DNA of 63,275 nt, filler included, from Octopus bimaculoides (GCF_001194135.2; 5 parts of 5 records of this genome joined end to end with filler, not necessarily neighbours in it); one strand, 5' to 3'; counted from the whole stretch's first letter, positions 23,380-35,837 are shown. A program made the numbers and translations. Notes: generated by a model from the letters alone, not told the origin.

Positions 23380-23614
23380 AAAAAAGGTAAATATAACAAA
23401 TAATCCAGAATCCTTGTCCGGTACTGGATCGATCTGAAAATCGAATCTGTTCGTGCCAGTCACGAGGTCAAACATCCATAAAAGTTTCATCTGAATCCAT
23501 CCAGCGGTTCTTGAGATATCTTGTCCACGGACAAACTAACAAACAAACAAACAAACAAACAAACAAGCACGACTGAAAACAATGATTCCGCCTTAGCGAA
23601 GGTGGATGTAATAA
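23380..23614 (-). mobile_element. 5' part of a HINE/DINE-1-like element
   Basis: Terminal TCCGCCTT-AGCG-AAGGTGGA stem, (ACAA)n microsatellite, and AAAGTTTCAT...CCAGCGGTTCTTGAGATATC block typical of DINE-1-like repeats. Confidence 0.55.
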
Positions 23615-23676
23615 AGATGTCCTAAGTCATATGTTTTCATAAATGTGTACAGCTTTGGCAAACAGAATTTCAATAT

Positions 23677-23870
23677 ATTGGTTTCAGGGAAGAGGGTAAG
23701 GGGAGGAGGGCAAATCGATTACATCAACCCCAGTACTTATTTTTATCGATCCCGAAAGGATGAAAGGCGAAGTCAGTCTCGGCGGAATTTAAACTCAGAA
23801 CATGAAGACGGACGAAATATCGCTAGGTGTTTCGCCCAACGTGCTAACGATTTCGCCAGCTCGATGCCTT
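23677..23870 (-). mobile_element. SINE-C with TSD
   Basis: 13-bp TSD AGAATTTCAATAT (23664) / AGAATTTCGATAT (23871). Confidence 0.85.
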
Positions 23871-24689
23871 AGAATTTCGATATTTTAAAACGCTGCTTAC
23901 ATCATATTCTACATTTCACGGAGTTATGAAAATAGTACAGCGAAATCAAGCTCCCGACTTCTTATCTTGTCAAAAATAGGTCAGTCATGCACATATTAGC
24001 ATTCCCTTTAGAATCAAACAGCCCCTGTTGGTTGTAATAAAATAACGGTTGTTCATAGGTGCTAACATTCGCCAACAAAGGACTTCGAGATATTATGCAT
24101 ATAAATAAGGCTTATAATGTTTGTTCTAAGTATAATATTTACACGGGGCTAGCTTACTGTCCATTGTATCCTACCTATTGTTTATATTTGTATTTTAAAA
24201 AGTCACGATTTTATATATGGTTTGTTTTTCAAGTATCTGCTACAGACAAAAAATAAATAAATAAATAAAAGGGGACAGCCTGGGATTTAGTGGAAAAGAT
24301 AGAGTATTTCAATATTTATATTCAACCTTTAATTTCCTGTTATGACTTCAACATCCATTGTTCGCTATTTGAGAAAATAAGTGTTTAAATCCAACGATAC
24401 CCTAAACTTCAACTTCAAAATACCAAACATTCTATTATATCATTATACAATATATATAATATTTTCTTTTAAATTTATTTAAATCTAAAAGAGGTGCAAC
24501 AAGGCTGCGCCGGTAGGATATCGGAATTGAGGCCACGTTTGCTATGATATAATGTTCTTTGTTAAAATTCCACAATAGTCGATAAAATGGTACAAGCCAT
24601 ATACTAGATTGAATCAATTGATTATAGCCTTCCATTACAAAGACAAGCCTTGTACCTTCCCAAGAGAAACTAATATCTGAAAAGAAATG

Positions 24690-24840
24690 GGCGAATAGCT
24701 GGAAGAAATCGTTAAAACGTCAGGAAAATGCTTAGCAGCATTTCTTTCAGTTTCTCACGTTCTGTGTTCAAATCACACTGATTTTAGCTTTACTTTTAAC
24801 TCCCCGGGTCGATAGAATAAAGTAGTAGCCAAGTATTGGC
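24690..24840 (+). mobile_element. degenerate SINE-C
   Basis: GGCGAATAGCTGGAAGAAATCGTTA...GTTCAAATC...GGGTCGATAGAATAAAGTA. Confidence 0.6.
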
Positions 24841-24914
24841 TAAAAAAAAAAATACTAGTAAAGTATGCTTTCTCTCCTCTCTCCTCACAGTCTCTCTCTC
24901 AGAAATAGGCTGAG

Positions 24915-25270
24915 GTACCACCTTAAAACTTTGAAAGGTTTTAGTCGAACGAATCGACACCAGTGCTTATTTTTCTAAAGTATGATACTTATTCCATCGG
25001 TCTCTTTTGCCGAACTGCTAAGTTACAGGAATGTAAACAAACGTTGATTGTCAAGCGATGGCGGGGAATAGACACAAGCACAACGACAAAGATACATATA
25101 TATATATATACGGGTTTCTTTCAGTTTCCGTCAACCAAGTCCATGCACAAGGCTTTAATCAGCTCGGGGCTATAGTAGAAGACAGTTACCCAAGGTGCCA
25201 TGCAGTGGGATTGAAGCCGAAACCATGTGGTTGGGAAGCAAACTTTTTACCAGACAGCCATACCTGCGTC
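24915..25270 (-). mobile_element. SINE-A, diverged
   Basis: Colinear reverse-complement match to SINE-A. Confidence 0.8.
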
Positions 25271-25502
25271 TTATATATATATATATATATACACAAGCAG
25301 AAGGGTTATAAATTCATAGCATTAACACAATACTCTTTGCTTGTAGCGTAAGATTAGTGTATTTCTCAAAAAATTATATTTACTTTTAACACCCAATGGT
25401 TTTACACTTCTGTACATTACATGCACATATTATTCATGTAAGTGCTTCTTCATATAGCGCAGCCGTTTTCGCGTGAAAAGCGAATACACACACACAAAGG
25501 TC

Positions 25503-25534
<32 letters not shown>

Positions 25535-25538
<4 letters not shown>

Positions 25539-25886
25539 GAACGAGAATGGACCCCAACTATGCGAACCTGTTCGTTGGCTACGTTGAGGCCCAAATATTC
25601 TCACGATCCACTGGTCTCACTCCCGAATTATACGGTCGTTATATTGATGACTGTATCGGTGCGACCTCACTCTCCCTCGAACAACTTGACTCCTTCCTCT
25701 CCTTTGTCCAATCCTTCCATCTTGCCCTCGAATTCTCCTGCACTATTTCCAACACTTCCGTCGCATTTCTTGACATTTCAGTCAACACACACAACCCCGC
25801 TCTCACTACCTCCATCCACTACAAACACACCAACTCACACTCTTACCTTAACTTCTCCTTTCCACCATACCCACACTAAGCTCTCC
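25535..25886 (+). pseudogene. Penelope-like element (Penelope/Poseidon-type) RT fragment
   Basis: MGTRMDPNYANLFVG, YGRYIDDC, VAFLDI, TSIHYKHTNSHSYL are characteristic PLE RT motifs. Confidence 0.9.
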
Positions 25887-25998
25887 AACGCTATTGGATG
25901 AACAATACTCGAGTTATAAGCGCACAAAAAACAGAAAGACAGAACGGGATTTATATATGTATATACTTTATTTAAAAGCAGCAGAAATATAACAAAAG

Positions 25999-26038
25999 AC
26001 TGTTACTCTGAGTTTCACGTTCCGGTTCATCGGACAGT
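25999..26038 (-). ncRNA. type I hammerhead-ribozyme-like motif (PLE type, U4C variant)
   Basis: ACTGT-CCGATGA-AC[CGGAAC]GT-GAA-ACTC[A]GAGT-A-ACAGT; helix I extends further (ATAAC/GTTAT); AATAAA about 25 nt downstream. Confidence 0.65.
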
Positions 26039-27465
26039 TTTGTTATAAATGGGGAAGGAATAACAATGCAATCGAAAGTAATATAAAATTTAAAATTTAG
26101 AACACATGGATTCGTTTGATTGGTCGTTTCAAATAACGATGCGTAATGCCCAAACCAAATAAATTTAATATAGATTCATCCTATTTAAAAAAATATCGAA
26201 GAAAACCTTAAATAGAAAAATGGGCCCAAAATACATATTGTAAATAATTAATATATTCGAATTAACACATTAAAATCAAATCAAATCAAATAAAGTATAC
26301 GCTGCATTCAAAATAAAATAAAATAAAATTACAATAGCATATACGTATACTAGGCTATCCACAACATATATATATCTATATATATACATATACATCGAAA
26401 TACACAGATGCATACGTACAGACAATCTACGTATATAGGTATATATTTACAAGGCACAGATATATACATGAATACAAATTTACACACATATACACACACA
26501 CGCATTTAAGTTTGCGCGTGAAAAAACCTATGCGCTGGTAATAAAAATTGTATCTTAAGCTATGGAGTGGAGGGGTAAAGAGTAACGTATCTATAATAAC
26601 GTTAATAATATAGAAAAGGGGTGGGGTGGGGGAATATGGTTGTCATGAGGAAGGAAAGGAAGAAAGAAAGAGAAAAAAGAAAGAAAGATAGCAAAGGAAG
26701 AAAAGAGAGAAAGATTGGGAATGGGAAGAAAGAAGTAGAGAAAGAAAATGAGCAAGAACGTATGTATATAGTAGACCTGCATAAAATTTAGATTGCGTAT
26801 ATATGTGTATACAAAAATGTATATAGCATCACGTATATAGATACATATGTTGATATGTGCGCAAATACTTACGATAATAACCGTGTACATGCGTGTGTAC
26901 ACATTCAAGTATGTGTGAGTGTGAACCAAAGCGCACATTCGCATATATAATATAGATGCATGTATGTATAAATAAATATAAGCATATACTCTTACCCGTG
27001 TATACACAAAAACGTACACGCACGAAATCATAACTGCATATGCACAAGTGCAAACCCAGGTCCTATATGTAAGCGCAGACACACGCATATGAATACGTAA
27101 GTGTTGTTACTATACAGACATCTACATAAAAAACCTATTAGATCTCAGTGTATATATGCAGACAACTTCTTAAGAAACTGCTGGGTGTATAAAAGTTAAA
27201 ACCAGGCGAAAATACATGCATAATAGAATTCTGCATGCCGAGTCGTCCATAAAAATGGTAAAATTTGCATACAAAGTGTTTTAAAACAAATAGAATAGAA
27301 TGAAGTAACAAGTAAAAACAAGGGAGAAGAAAAAACTATGTATATAACAGTCGAAGGTTTTCTTAAAATGACGTAGGGGTCTATACAAAATTCTTACAAC
27401 GTTAAATAAATCATTTATAATTCGGTACCAATCCAATAGTAAGATTGCATAATTATTACAAGGAG

Positions 27466-29575
27466 TCAAAGATTATCAAAGATTATCAAAAAAATACATA
27501 TACTATCCATACGAATATTAGCTGCTGACATTTTAAATTTGGACGCGTGTCTACATGTATTTAAAAGTTCGCGTCTTTGGTTTAGCGCCTTCTTATCCTG
27601 GAATAAGATATTCATTTTTTCCAATAAACAAAGATCACATTTCAATGGTCTTTTATGGGCACCGTGTCTGTAAGGCGATGCTTTGCCTAAAATCCTCCAT
27701 GTCACGTTGAAAGGCTGGGCTTCATTTTCCTTTAAATGCCAGACGTATTTTGCCAGGCTCGTCTTTGTCCTATTTTCAGGGTACCTAAAAAAATTTTTAT
27801 GCGAATACAGTCTGGTTTTGAAAGAATTTTCTGTAGCCCCTGTATAAGTTCTATAATCATGCGAGCCTTCTATCTGGACTTTGGCCCNNNNNNNNNNNNN
27901 NNNNNNNNNNNNNNNNNNNNNNNNNNNNNNNNNNNNNNNNNNNNNNNNNNNNNNNNNNNNNNNNNNNNNNNNNNNNNNNNNNNNNNNNNNNNNNNNNNNN
28001 NNNNNNNNNNNNNNNNNNNNNNNNNNNNNNNNNNNNNNNNNNNNNNNNNNNNNNNNNNNNNNNNNNNNNNNNNNNNNNNNNNNNNNNNNNNNNNNNNNNN
28101 NNNNNNNNNNNNNNNNNNNNNNNNNNNNNNNNNNNNNNNNNNNNNNNNNNNNNNNNNNNNNNNNNNNNNNNNNNNNNNNNNNNNNNNNNNNNNNNNNNNN
28201 NNNNNNNNNNNNNNNNNNNNNNNNNNNNNNNNNNNNNNNNNNNNNNNNNNNNNNNNNNNNNNNNNNNNNNNNNNNNNNNNNNNNNNNNNNNNNNNNNNNN
28301 NNNNNNNNNNNNNNNNNNNNNNNNNNNNNNNNNNNNNNNNNNNNNNNNNNNNNNNNNNNNNNNNNNNNNNNNNNNNNNNNNNNNNNNNNNNNNNNNNNNN
28401 NNNNNNNNNNNNNNNNNNNNNNNNNNNNNNNNNNNNNNNNNNNNNNNNNNNNNNNNNNNNNNNNNNNNNNNNNNNNNNNNNNNNNNNNNNNNNNNNNNNN
28501 NNNNNNNNNNNNNNNNNNNNNNNNNNNNNNNNNNNNNNNNNNNNNNNNNNNNNNNNNNNNNNNNNNNNNNNNNNNNNNNNNNNNNNNNNNNNNNNNNNNN
28601 NNNNNNNNNNNNNNNNNNNNNNNNNNNNNNNNNNNNNNNNNNNNNNNNNNNNNNNNNNNNNNNNNNNNNNNNNNNNNNNNNNNNNNNNNNNNNNNNNNNN
28701 NNNNNNNNNNNNNNNNNNNNNNNNNNNNNNNNNNNNNNNNNNNNNNNNNNNNNNNNNNNNNNNNNNNNNNNNNNNNNNNNNNNNNNNNNNNNNNNNNNNN
28801 NNNNNNNNNNNNNNNNNNNNNNNNNNNNNNNNNNNNNNNNNNNNNNNNNNNNNNNNNNNNNNNNNNCCTTTAAACCAATCTATAACTGACTTATTATTCT
28901 TCCAAATCCGTAAATTTAAATCACTATCTAACTTAGTTAAAATTCGGTCTAAAATGTATTTGCTAATAGTCCCAATTTCAGTCTTTGCAGGATTAATTAA
29001 TCTACATTTGGGGTTTCTATTAAAATTATCTTTATGGTCTTTTAGGGTAACAAAAGCAGGTCGGGGAGATAGGTATTCTATTCTATCGCTAATCTTAAGA
29101 TTGTTAGCTATTCTTCTTGCTTCTAAATTCACCTCTTTATATAAATTTGTGTTGTCTTTTTTGTATGTGTCAGTGATGCAATTCGAAATTAGGCGCTTGT
29201 AAACATCCTTGTCAACCGCATATAAGTTTTTAGTCTTGTCGGAATTAACGAAGATCTTGTTCGAGTTATTGATTTCTGTAATTTTTTCCTTCATATTTCT
29301 CTGTAGATGGTTCGTGTGTCTACAGAATTTAATTTTTCTAATGAGATCAAAAAGGTCTTTCTCGAAGGGTTCTAATTCCGGAATAGCTGGTGGGTTCCTG
29401 GAAGATTTGATTCCGTACTTGTTCCCGTTTGGTTTTTGTTTACTCTCAAAGAAGAAGGCTTTCCATCTTAATCTTCGAACAAACTCTTCCATTTTTCTAT
29501 AAGACTTTTGAGATATTGCTTCTGTGCAGGGATGAGTATATTTTTTTGCGAAAACTCCAATGGGTAAAGTTCCAT
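27466..29575 (-). pseudogene. Penelope-like element ORF (RT + C-terminal GIY-YIG), centre in gap
   Basis: RLRWKAFFF, DKTKNLY, TLKDHK.NF...PKCRLINPAK; after the gap YRTYTGATENSFKTRLYSH, KYVWHLK, WRILGKASPY, CDLCLLEK, LNQRRELLNTCRH. Confidence 0.9.
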
Positions 29576-30721
29576 CTTTTCAGCTGTATCTTCCTACTTG
29601 TGTAGAGTCGCTCAAACTTTGCAAAAAAAGGAGCAGGTTACACCGGAGTAAGCACATGAAATGTGCAACAAGGTGGAGAAAAGAGTACTCAAATACCAGA
29701 GGTAGAGTAATATGTATANNNNNNNNNNNNNNNNNNNNNNNNNNNNNNNNNNNNNNNNNNNNNNNNNNNNNNNNNNNNNNNNNNNNNNNNNNNNNNNNNN
29801 NNNNNNNNNNNNNNNNNNNNNNNNNNNNNNNNNNNNNNNNNNNNNNNNNNNNNNNNNNNNNNNNNNNNNNNNNNNNNNNNNNNNNNNNNNNNNNNNNNNN
29901 NNNNNNNNNNNNNNNNNNNNNNNNNNNNNNNNNNNNNNNNNNNNNNNNNNNNNNNNNNNNNNNNNNNNNNNNNNNNNNNNNNNNNNNNNNNNNNNNNNNN
30001 NNNNNNNNNNNNNNNNNNNNNNNNNNNNNNNNNNNNNNNNNNNNNNNNNNNNNNNNNNNNNNNNNNNNNNNNNNNNNNNNNNNNNNNNNNNNNNNNNNNN
30101 NNNNNNNNNNNNNNNNNNNNNNNNNNNNNNNNNNNNNNNNNNNNNNNNNNNNNNNNNNNNNNNNNNNNNNNNNNNNNNNNNNNNNNNNNNNNNNNNNNNN
30201 NNNNNNNNNNNNNNNNNNNNNNNNNNNNNNNNNNNNNNNNNNNNNNNNNNNNNNNNNNNNNNNNNNNNNNNNNNNNNNNNNNNNNNNNNNNNNNNNNNNN
30301 NNNNNNNNNNNNNNNNNNNNNNNNNNNNNNNNNNNNNNNNNNNNNNNNNNNNNNNNNNNNNNNNNNNNNNNNNNNNNNNNNNNNNNNNNNNNNNNNNNNN
30401 NNNNNNNNNNNNNNNNNGTACACACGCACGCACGCACGCACACACACACACGCACGCAACCAGGCACGCACACACACACGCATGAATATTGCTAAAACAT
30501 ATGCAAGATCTATATGAAGTAGGGGTGGATGTTTTCAAGAGACAACATGACCTCCTGCTGGCTAAAGTCCCAAATGAACCTGTATCACGGCAAGTAACTC
30601 AGAACAGTACAGCAATATCGAATTCTCTCCTTCACTAAAAAACAATCACAGATGACCATTGAAAAGGACATGATACTAGCTCCAGTTTGGCCACAGTTTT
30701 TGGAATGAAGCACATAAAATA

Positions 30722-30761
<40 letters not shown>

Positions 30762-30801
30762 ACACGCACGCACATTTGTATGTGTGAGTGTATGTGTGTG
30801 T

Positions 30802-30949
30802 GTGGCTGTGTGGTAAGAAGCTTGCTTCCCAACAACATGGTTCAGTGTTCCGTTCCACTGCGTGACAAGTTGGGAAGGTGTCTTCTACTATAGCCTCGGG
30901 CCGACCAAAGCCTTGCAAGTGGATTTGGCGGACGGAAACTGAAAGAAGC
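30802..30949 (+). mobile_element. SINE-A 5' part
   Basis: GTGGCTGTGTGGTAAGAAGCTTGCTT...GGAAACTGAAAGAAG. Confidence 0.85.
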
Positions 30950-30954
30950 TGCTT

Positions 30955-31054
30955 GTTTTAGTCATTTGACCACGGCCATGCTGGAGCACCGCCTTTAGTC
31001 GAAGAAATCGACTCCGGGCCTTATTCTTTGTAAGCCTAGTACTTATTCTATTGG
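30955..31054 (-). mobile_element. SINE-A tail
   Basis: Reverse complement of the SINE-A 3' region. Confidence 0.85.
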
Positions 31055-31154
31055 NNNNNNNNNNNNNNNNNNNNNNNNNNNNNNNNNNNNNNNNNNNNTT
31101 AATTAATTAANNNNNNNNNNNNNNNNNNNNNNNNNNNNNNNNNNNNNNNNNNNN
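31055..31154. other. artificial scaffold-join spacer
   Basis: N44 + TTAATTAATTAA + N44. Confidence 0.9.
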
Positions 31155-31436
31155 CACACACACACACACACACACACCACCACACACACACACACACACC
31201 GGATATAACATCTATCCATATGTCTATTAGTATGATATCCACATACATATCGTTTATACCACTAACTGTATACAACATGATATTCAATCAATATCGAATA
31301 TCATACTAATTCGCTGTGAGATATCCTCGACGTCTAACCACATGTTTTCATCTTCAATATAGACGCGGCCATATCCAAGACATGTTGCTACTGCCCGCCA
31401 TCGATCCATTCACATACTAATATACACACGTATAAA

Positions 31437-31650
31437 TACGAGTTCTGATCAATAAATATCCGGACTGTTGCCATAGTAACGAAGCTAAAACACGCAGAGT
31501 AAAGCTGCTTTGCACAGATTGACCTTGGACTCTGCTCTGCATGTGCACCTAGTTTTAACATTCTAGCTCACTTCCGCTGTTTATAGCAGTGCTTGGAAGG
31601 AATGTGTGTAGCGTGTGATGGTTGCATTGACCATGACAGAAAGTTGTCAT
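31437..31650 (+). mobile_element. mariner-like 5' end
   Basis: TA-CGAGTTCTGATCAATAAATATCC.GGAC resembles the TACGAG-type TIRs at 56896/58996; ends near ATGACAGAAAG (MTE.., like the MTER start at 57103). Confidence 0.5.
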
Positions 31651-32181
31651 GGTAGGCAGACAGATAACGATGGACAGAAAGAGACAAAGAAATAGATTGA
31701 GATAGATAAGTGGACAGTCAGTTAGACAGACAGACAGGTAGACAAACAGAAAAAGACAGATAGATAACTGTGCACATACATCTCTCCTTGTAGGCATTGT
31801 GTCCGCCACGACTCGACTCACTGAGAAAGTGCATATGGGAAAGAAAATAATGCCCAGATAAACGAGGTACCTACCAGTCAGTTGGTTAAGCCCCCAACAT
31901 GCTGCTGGTACTCGTTTTCATCTGAATAGACTAACGAAGCTTATACTGAAGTTTTTTGTGTCAAAGAAAAAAAAAAATATATATATATAAAAACCCCCCA
32001 AAAGCTCGACGTCAGTTCTGGGAATCGAAACTGCGCCATTATGATAGTGACTAATTCTCTAACCACTCGGTCATCGGTGTTGGTTTGTTTACGTCCCGTA
32101 AGTTAATGGATCTATAAACGCAGTCAGCAGAAGTGCTTGATTTCAAGAAAATGAATTGTGTTTATAGCTGTTGACATCTTT

Positions 32182-32235
<54 letters not shown>

Positions 32236-32391
32236 CTCTGTGTGCACACATATATATGTATGCATGCACACACATGCATTAACACATACATGCATGCACA
32301 TGCATTCATATATATACATACATACAAAAACACACATATATATACACACAAACATGTACACATTCATAGACGCATTTTTGTGTCGGTATAT

Positions 32392-32672
32392 GTATGTGGT
32401 TAGAGCGTCGGGCTCGCAATCATGAGGTAGTGAGTTCGATTCTCCAGACCGGGCTGCGTGTTGTGTTCTTGAGCAAGACACTTTTCACGTTGCTCCAGTT
32501 CACTCAGCTGTCGAAATGGGTTGTGACGTCACTGATGCCAAACTGTGTCAGCCTTTCCCTTTCTCTTGGACAACATCGGTGGCATGGAGAGGAGAGGCTG
32601 GTATGCAGGGGAGACTTGTGCCTGGGAGGGGAACTTTCTAGGCGCAATCCCATGGTCAGTTATGACCGACGG
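32392..32672 (+). mobile_element. SINE-E (tRNA head + CORE-like segment)
   Basis: GTGGTTAGAGCG...GAGTTCGATTC, then TGTGTTCTTGAGCAAGACACTT and GCTCCAGTTCACTCAGCTG. Confidence 0.75.
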
Positions 32673-33269
32673 GTGTCTTTAGACTTCTATGTATACGTGT
32701 ATGCATGTATGCATAATTGCATCAGTAACTGCAGATTGTGCACCGATGTGAAGATGTATTATTATGCTAGTTATATCACAAAATACTTAAAAATATAGTT
32801 GTGTGTGTGTGTCTATTCGTGTATACATAGCATGTGTGTTTGTATGTGCATAAATTCATATACATACACATTTATATATATATATATGTATGTATGTACA
32901 ATTTCATGTGTATGCATCTCCACCAACGTGCACTTATAAATTGGGCTTCTCTCGTTAGGGTACAAAGGGTTGTTAGCAGTTCTCTTTTCCATCCTCATCT
33001 CTTTTTTGAGTAAATCAAGACGTTTATTAGGGTCTCCTTTGGGTGGCTCCAACACAGCAATACCCGAGGAGTTTGTGGTATGAATATAAGGAATATAAGG
33101 CCAAAACGTCCTCTGACCCCCATAGCACAAGGGCAGTGCTGACTTTGACCGGATTTCATATAGGTTACAGATGCAATAACTCAAACACGCGACCGTTTAG
33201 TCTGGAGATGAATGTAAATGTGGCTCGATTTGATCTCGAGAGACTCATTACATGTTAGGAGTTAGGTCG

Positions 33270-33600
33270 GCTTTAATAAGGGTGAGGGAGAGAGAGAGAC
33301 CGAGAGTGAGAGGGCGTGGGGTGGAGATAGATAAATAGGGAGAGAGAGAGAGAGACTGAGGGAAAGAGATAGAAAGAAATAGAGGTAGATAGATAAATAG
33401 GTTGATAGAGAGGAGGAAAATGATAGACAGAGAGGGATAGAGAAATAGTGAGAGAGAAGATTGAGAGAGAAGAATGGTTGACAGATAGAGAGTGAGAGAG
33501 AGAAAGAAGGAGATAAATAGAGCAAGAGAGAGGTAAATAGAGAAATAGATAGATACAAAGATAGACAAATAGAGAGAGAAAGAGAAAGAGGGAGAAACAT
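33270..33600. repeat. degenerate (GA)/(GATA) purine tract
   Basis: Direct inspection. Confidence 0.9.
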
Positions 33601-33664
33601 GGCGCTTACGTAATAATCGTCACAAACCATGTGGGACTGAATGTTGGGTAATTGTAAATATCAT

Positions 33665-33885
33665 CCTCGTCATCACCACGACGACACCCACCACCACCAC
33701 CACCACCACCATAACTACCACCACCACCATAACTACCACCACCAGCATGACTACCACCACCACCACACCACCACCACTACCACCACCATCATCAACCAGC
33801 AAAATACCACAACCACCACTTCCACCCCACCAGCATTATCATCACCACCATTATCACCCCCCATCATCATCATCATCATCATCAT
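33665..33885. repeat. (CAC)/(CAT) trinucleotide low-complexity tract
   Basis: Direct inspection. Confidence 0.9.
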
Positions 33886-34189
33886 ACCATTTAGTCGTCC
33901 CTCAACTGCCTTGAGACACTCATACTCTTAGCTCATATGAACGAACGTCGTTGGTAAACATTACGAGATCAAATCCCAGCAAAGCATCATGAATATGAAA
34001 ATAAAATTTTAAAACATTTAAAAAAAAACTAACGCCCCAAAAGGAGTATTCTACCCAGACGGAACATAGAACTTAGAGATAACGAAACACTCGTCAGTGT
34101 TTATAGTGGTGCTACTAGCGACGAGAAGTTTTGTGTCTGTTCGTGACCAGGTCTACAAGATTGCTGTAAAGCCAAGATAATGGGGAGCA

Positions 34190-34772
34190 CGTCTCATGGA
34201 GTGGGTGAAGAAGTATCTCGTGGAGATAGACTGATTGAGACACTGGTCAGAGGGTTGCCGGAGACGACAAGAGCAAATGTCGACCAATGCGCCCATAATC
34301 CTGACCTCAACTGTAGATTCAAATGTGTGAGATCAGTGTAAAAACCAGGGCGCATAATCCAGCACTGATCAAACTCTGACCTAACATTAACCCAACACGG
34401 ACTTGAACCTAGAGTTCAGATCAGTATTATGGGTTACCAGTGATCGGATTTCGTATCCAACCAACGACTATATTCAGGGACTGAGATGCATCCTGTCACT
34501 TGTCTGATTCGGGGTTGTATCAGCCCAGCCTTGTATGGTCATGCTGCACGATATTCTAAAATAGATCCTGCGTACCGTGTCCTCTGCGACGAGGAACCGG
34601 TTGCGGTGACGCGACTCACGTTGGTCGGCTGCATGTCTCATGGGGCGGATGAGAAAGTGTCTCGTAGAGATAGGGACTGACTGGGACACTGCTTGGAGGA
34701 TTGCCTGGGATGACACGAGCAAATATCGACAAGTGCACCTGAACTCTAGGTTCAAATATGTGAGATCAGTGC
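34190..34772 (+). mobile_element. two diverged tandem copies of a probable RTE-type LINE ORF end
   Basis: 34190-34340 aligns with 34635-34772; translations MEWVKKYLVEID / MRKCLVEIGTDWDTAWRIAWDD resemble the W.D.V..DL...G..W...A.DR end of RTE ORFs. Confidence 0.5.
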
Positions 34773-34799
34773 AAATATCAGTGTTGGGTTATTATTATT

Positions 34800-35005
34800 A
34801 AGGTAGCAAACTCATTTGCAATTGGGATTAACTGTCAAGTGGTATTTTAGGCTTTTTAGGTTCTGAATTCAAATCTAGCAAAGGTTACTTTGTCGTTCAT
34901 CCGCCAGGGGTCAAACAGAAAATCGAGTACCACTCATGCTGCGGCCGATATAACCCCTCCCGTAAAATTACTGGCATTGGGTCAAAATTTGAAACCATTA
35001 TTAGC
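34800..35005 (+). mobile_element. degenerate SINE-C
   Basis: GGTTCTGAATTCAAATC...TTCATCCG..AGGGGTC...GAGTACCA. Confidence 0.55.
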
Positions 35006-35029
35006 ATTACATCTTCCGCCTTTTTCTTT

Positions 35030-35300
35030 GATTGAACTGCAGCTATGTTGGGGCACCGCATTGAAGGGTTTTAGTCGAATGAACGGCACTCACTACTCAT
35101 TTTATCGGTATTATTTGTCGATCCACTATGTTTCAAGAGTTAAACAACCCAACGCCGGTTGCTAAGAGGTTGTAGGGGATGAACACAGATACACACAAGT
35201 ATATATATATATGTGTGTTTGTGTATTTATGTATATTATATACATAAAACATACACGACGGTCTTCCAGTTTCCGACTACCGAATCCACTCATGAGTATC
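35030..35300 (-). mobile_element. degenerate SINE-A
   Basis: GCACCGC...TTTAGTCGA tail and CAGTTTCCG.CTACC.AATCCACTCA blocks. Confidence 0.6.
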
Positions 35301-35634
35301 ACGTTTAAATAGATATTTGGCTCGATATGGTCCAGTGAATTCTTGAAGTCAATGCTCCAGTATGACCGTAATCCAAATGGATGAAACTAGTTGATGCGAT
35401 TAAAAGAATGAACAGAGAACAGACAGACACCCGACCAGGCAAACGTGTTATTCAGTGCCACATGAGACGTCCAAAGTTAAAAGTAAGTGGTGAGGGAGGG
35501 AGAGGGGGAGAGAGAGAGAGTCAATGTGTGTGTGTGTGAGAGTAAGAGAGAGAAACAGACATGGTCAAAGAGTGTGTGAGAGAGAGAGAAGAGAAAGAGA
35601 AACAGGACAGACGGACGAAGATTAGGTGCACGCG

Positions 35635-35666
<32 letters not shown>

Positions 35667-35795
35667 NNNNNNNNNNNNNNNNNNNNNNNNNNNNNNNNNN
35701 NNNNNNNNNNNNNNNNNNNNNNNNNNNNNNNNNNNNNNNNNNNNNNNNNNNNNNNNNNNNNNNNNNNNNNNNNNNNNNNNNNNNNNNNNNNNNNN

Positions 35796-35837
<42 letters not shown>

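Noticed and set aside
27130-27165. CACTGAGATCTAATAGG as a hammerhead downstream of the PLE
   Set aside because: The core is incomplete and no GAAA or cleavage triplet follows
30802-31054. Twin-priming 5' inversion of a SINE-A
   Set aside because: The inverted piece is on the tail side, so two tail-to-tail insertions are simpler; a scaffold join follows
33641-33931. His/Thr-rich ORF
   Set aside because: CAC/CAT trinucleotide repeat with no splice or domain support
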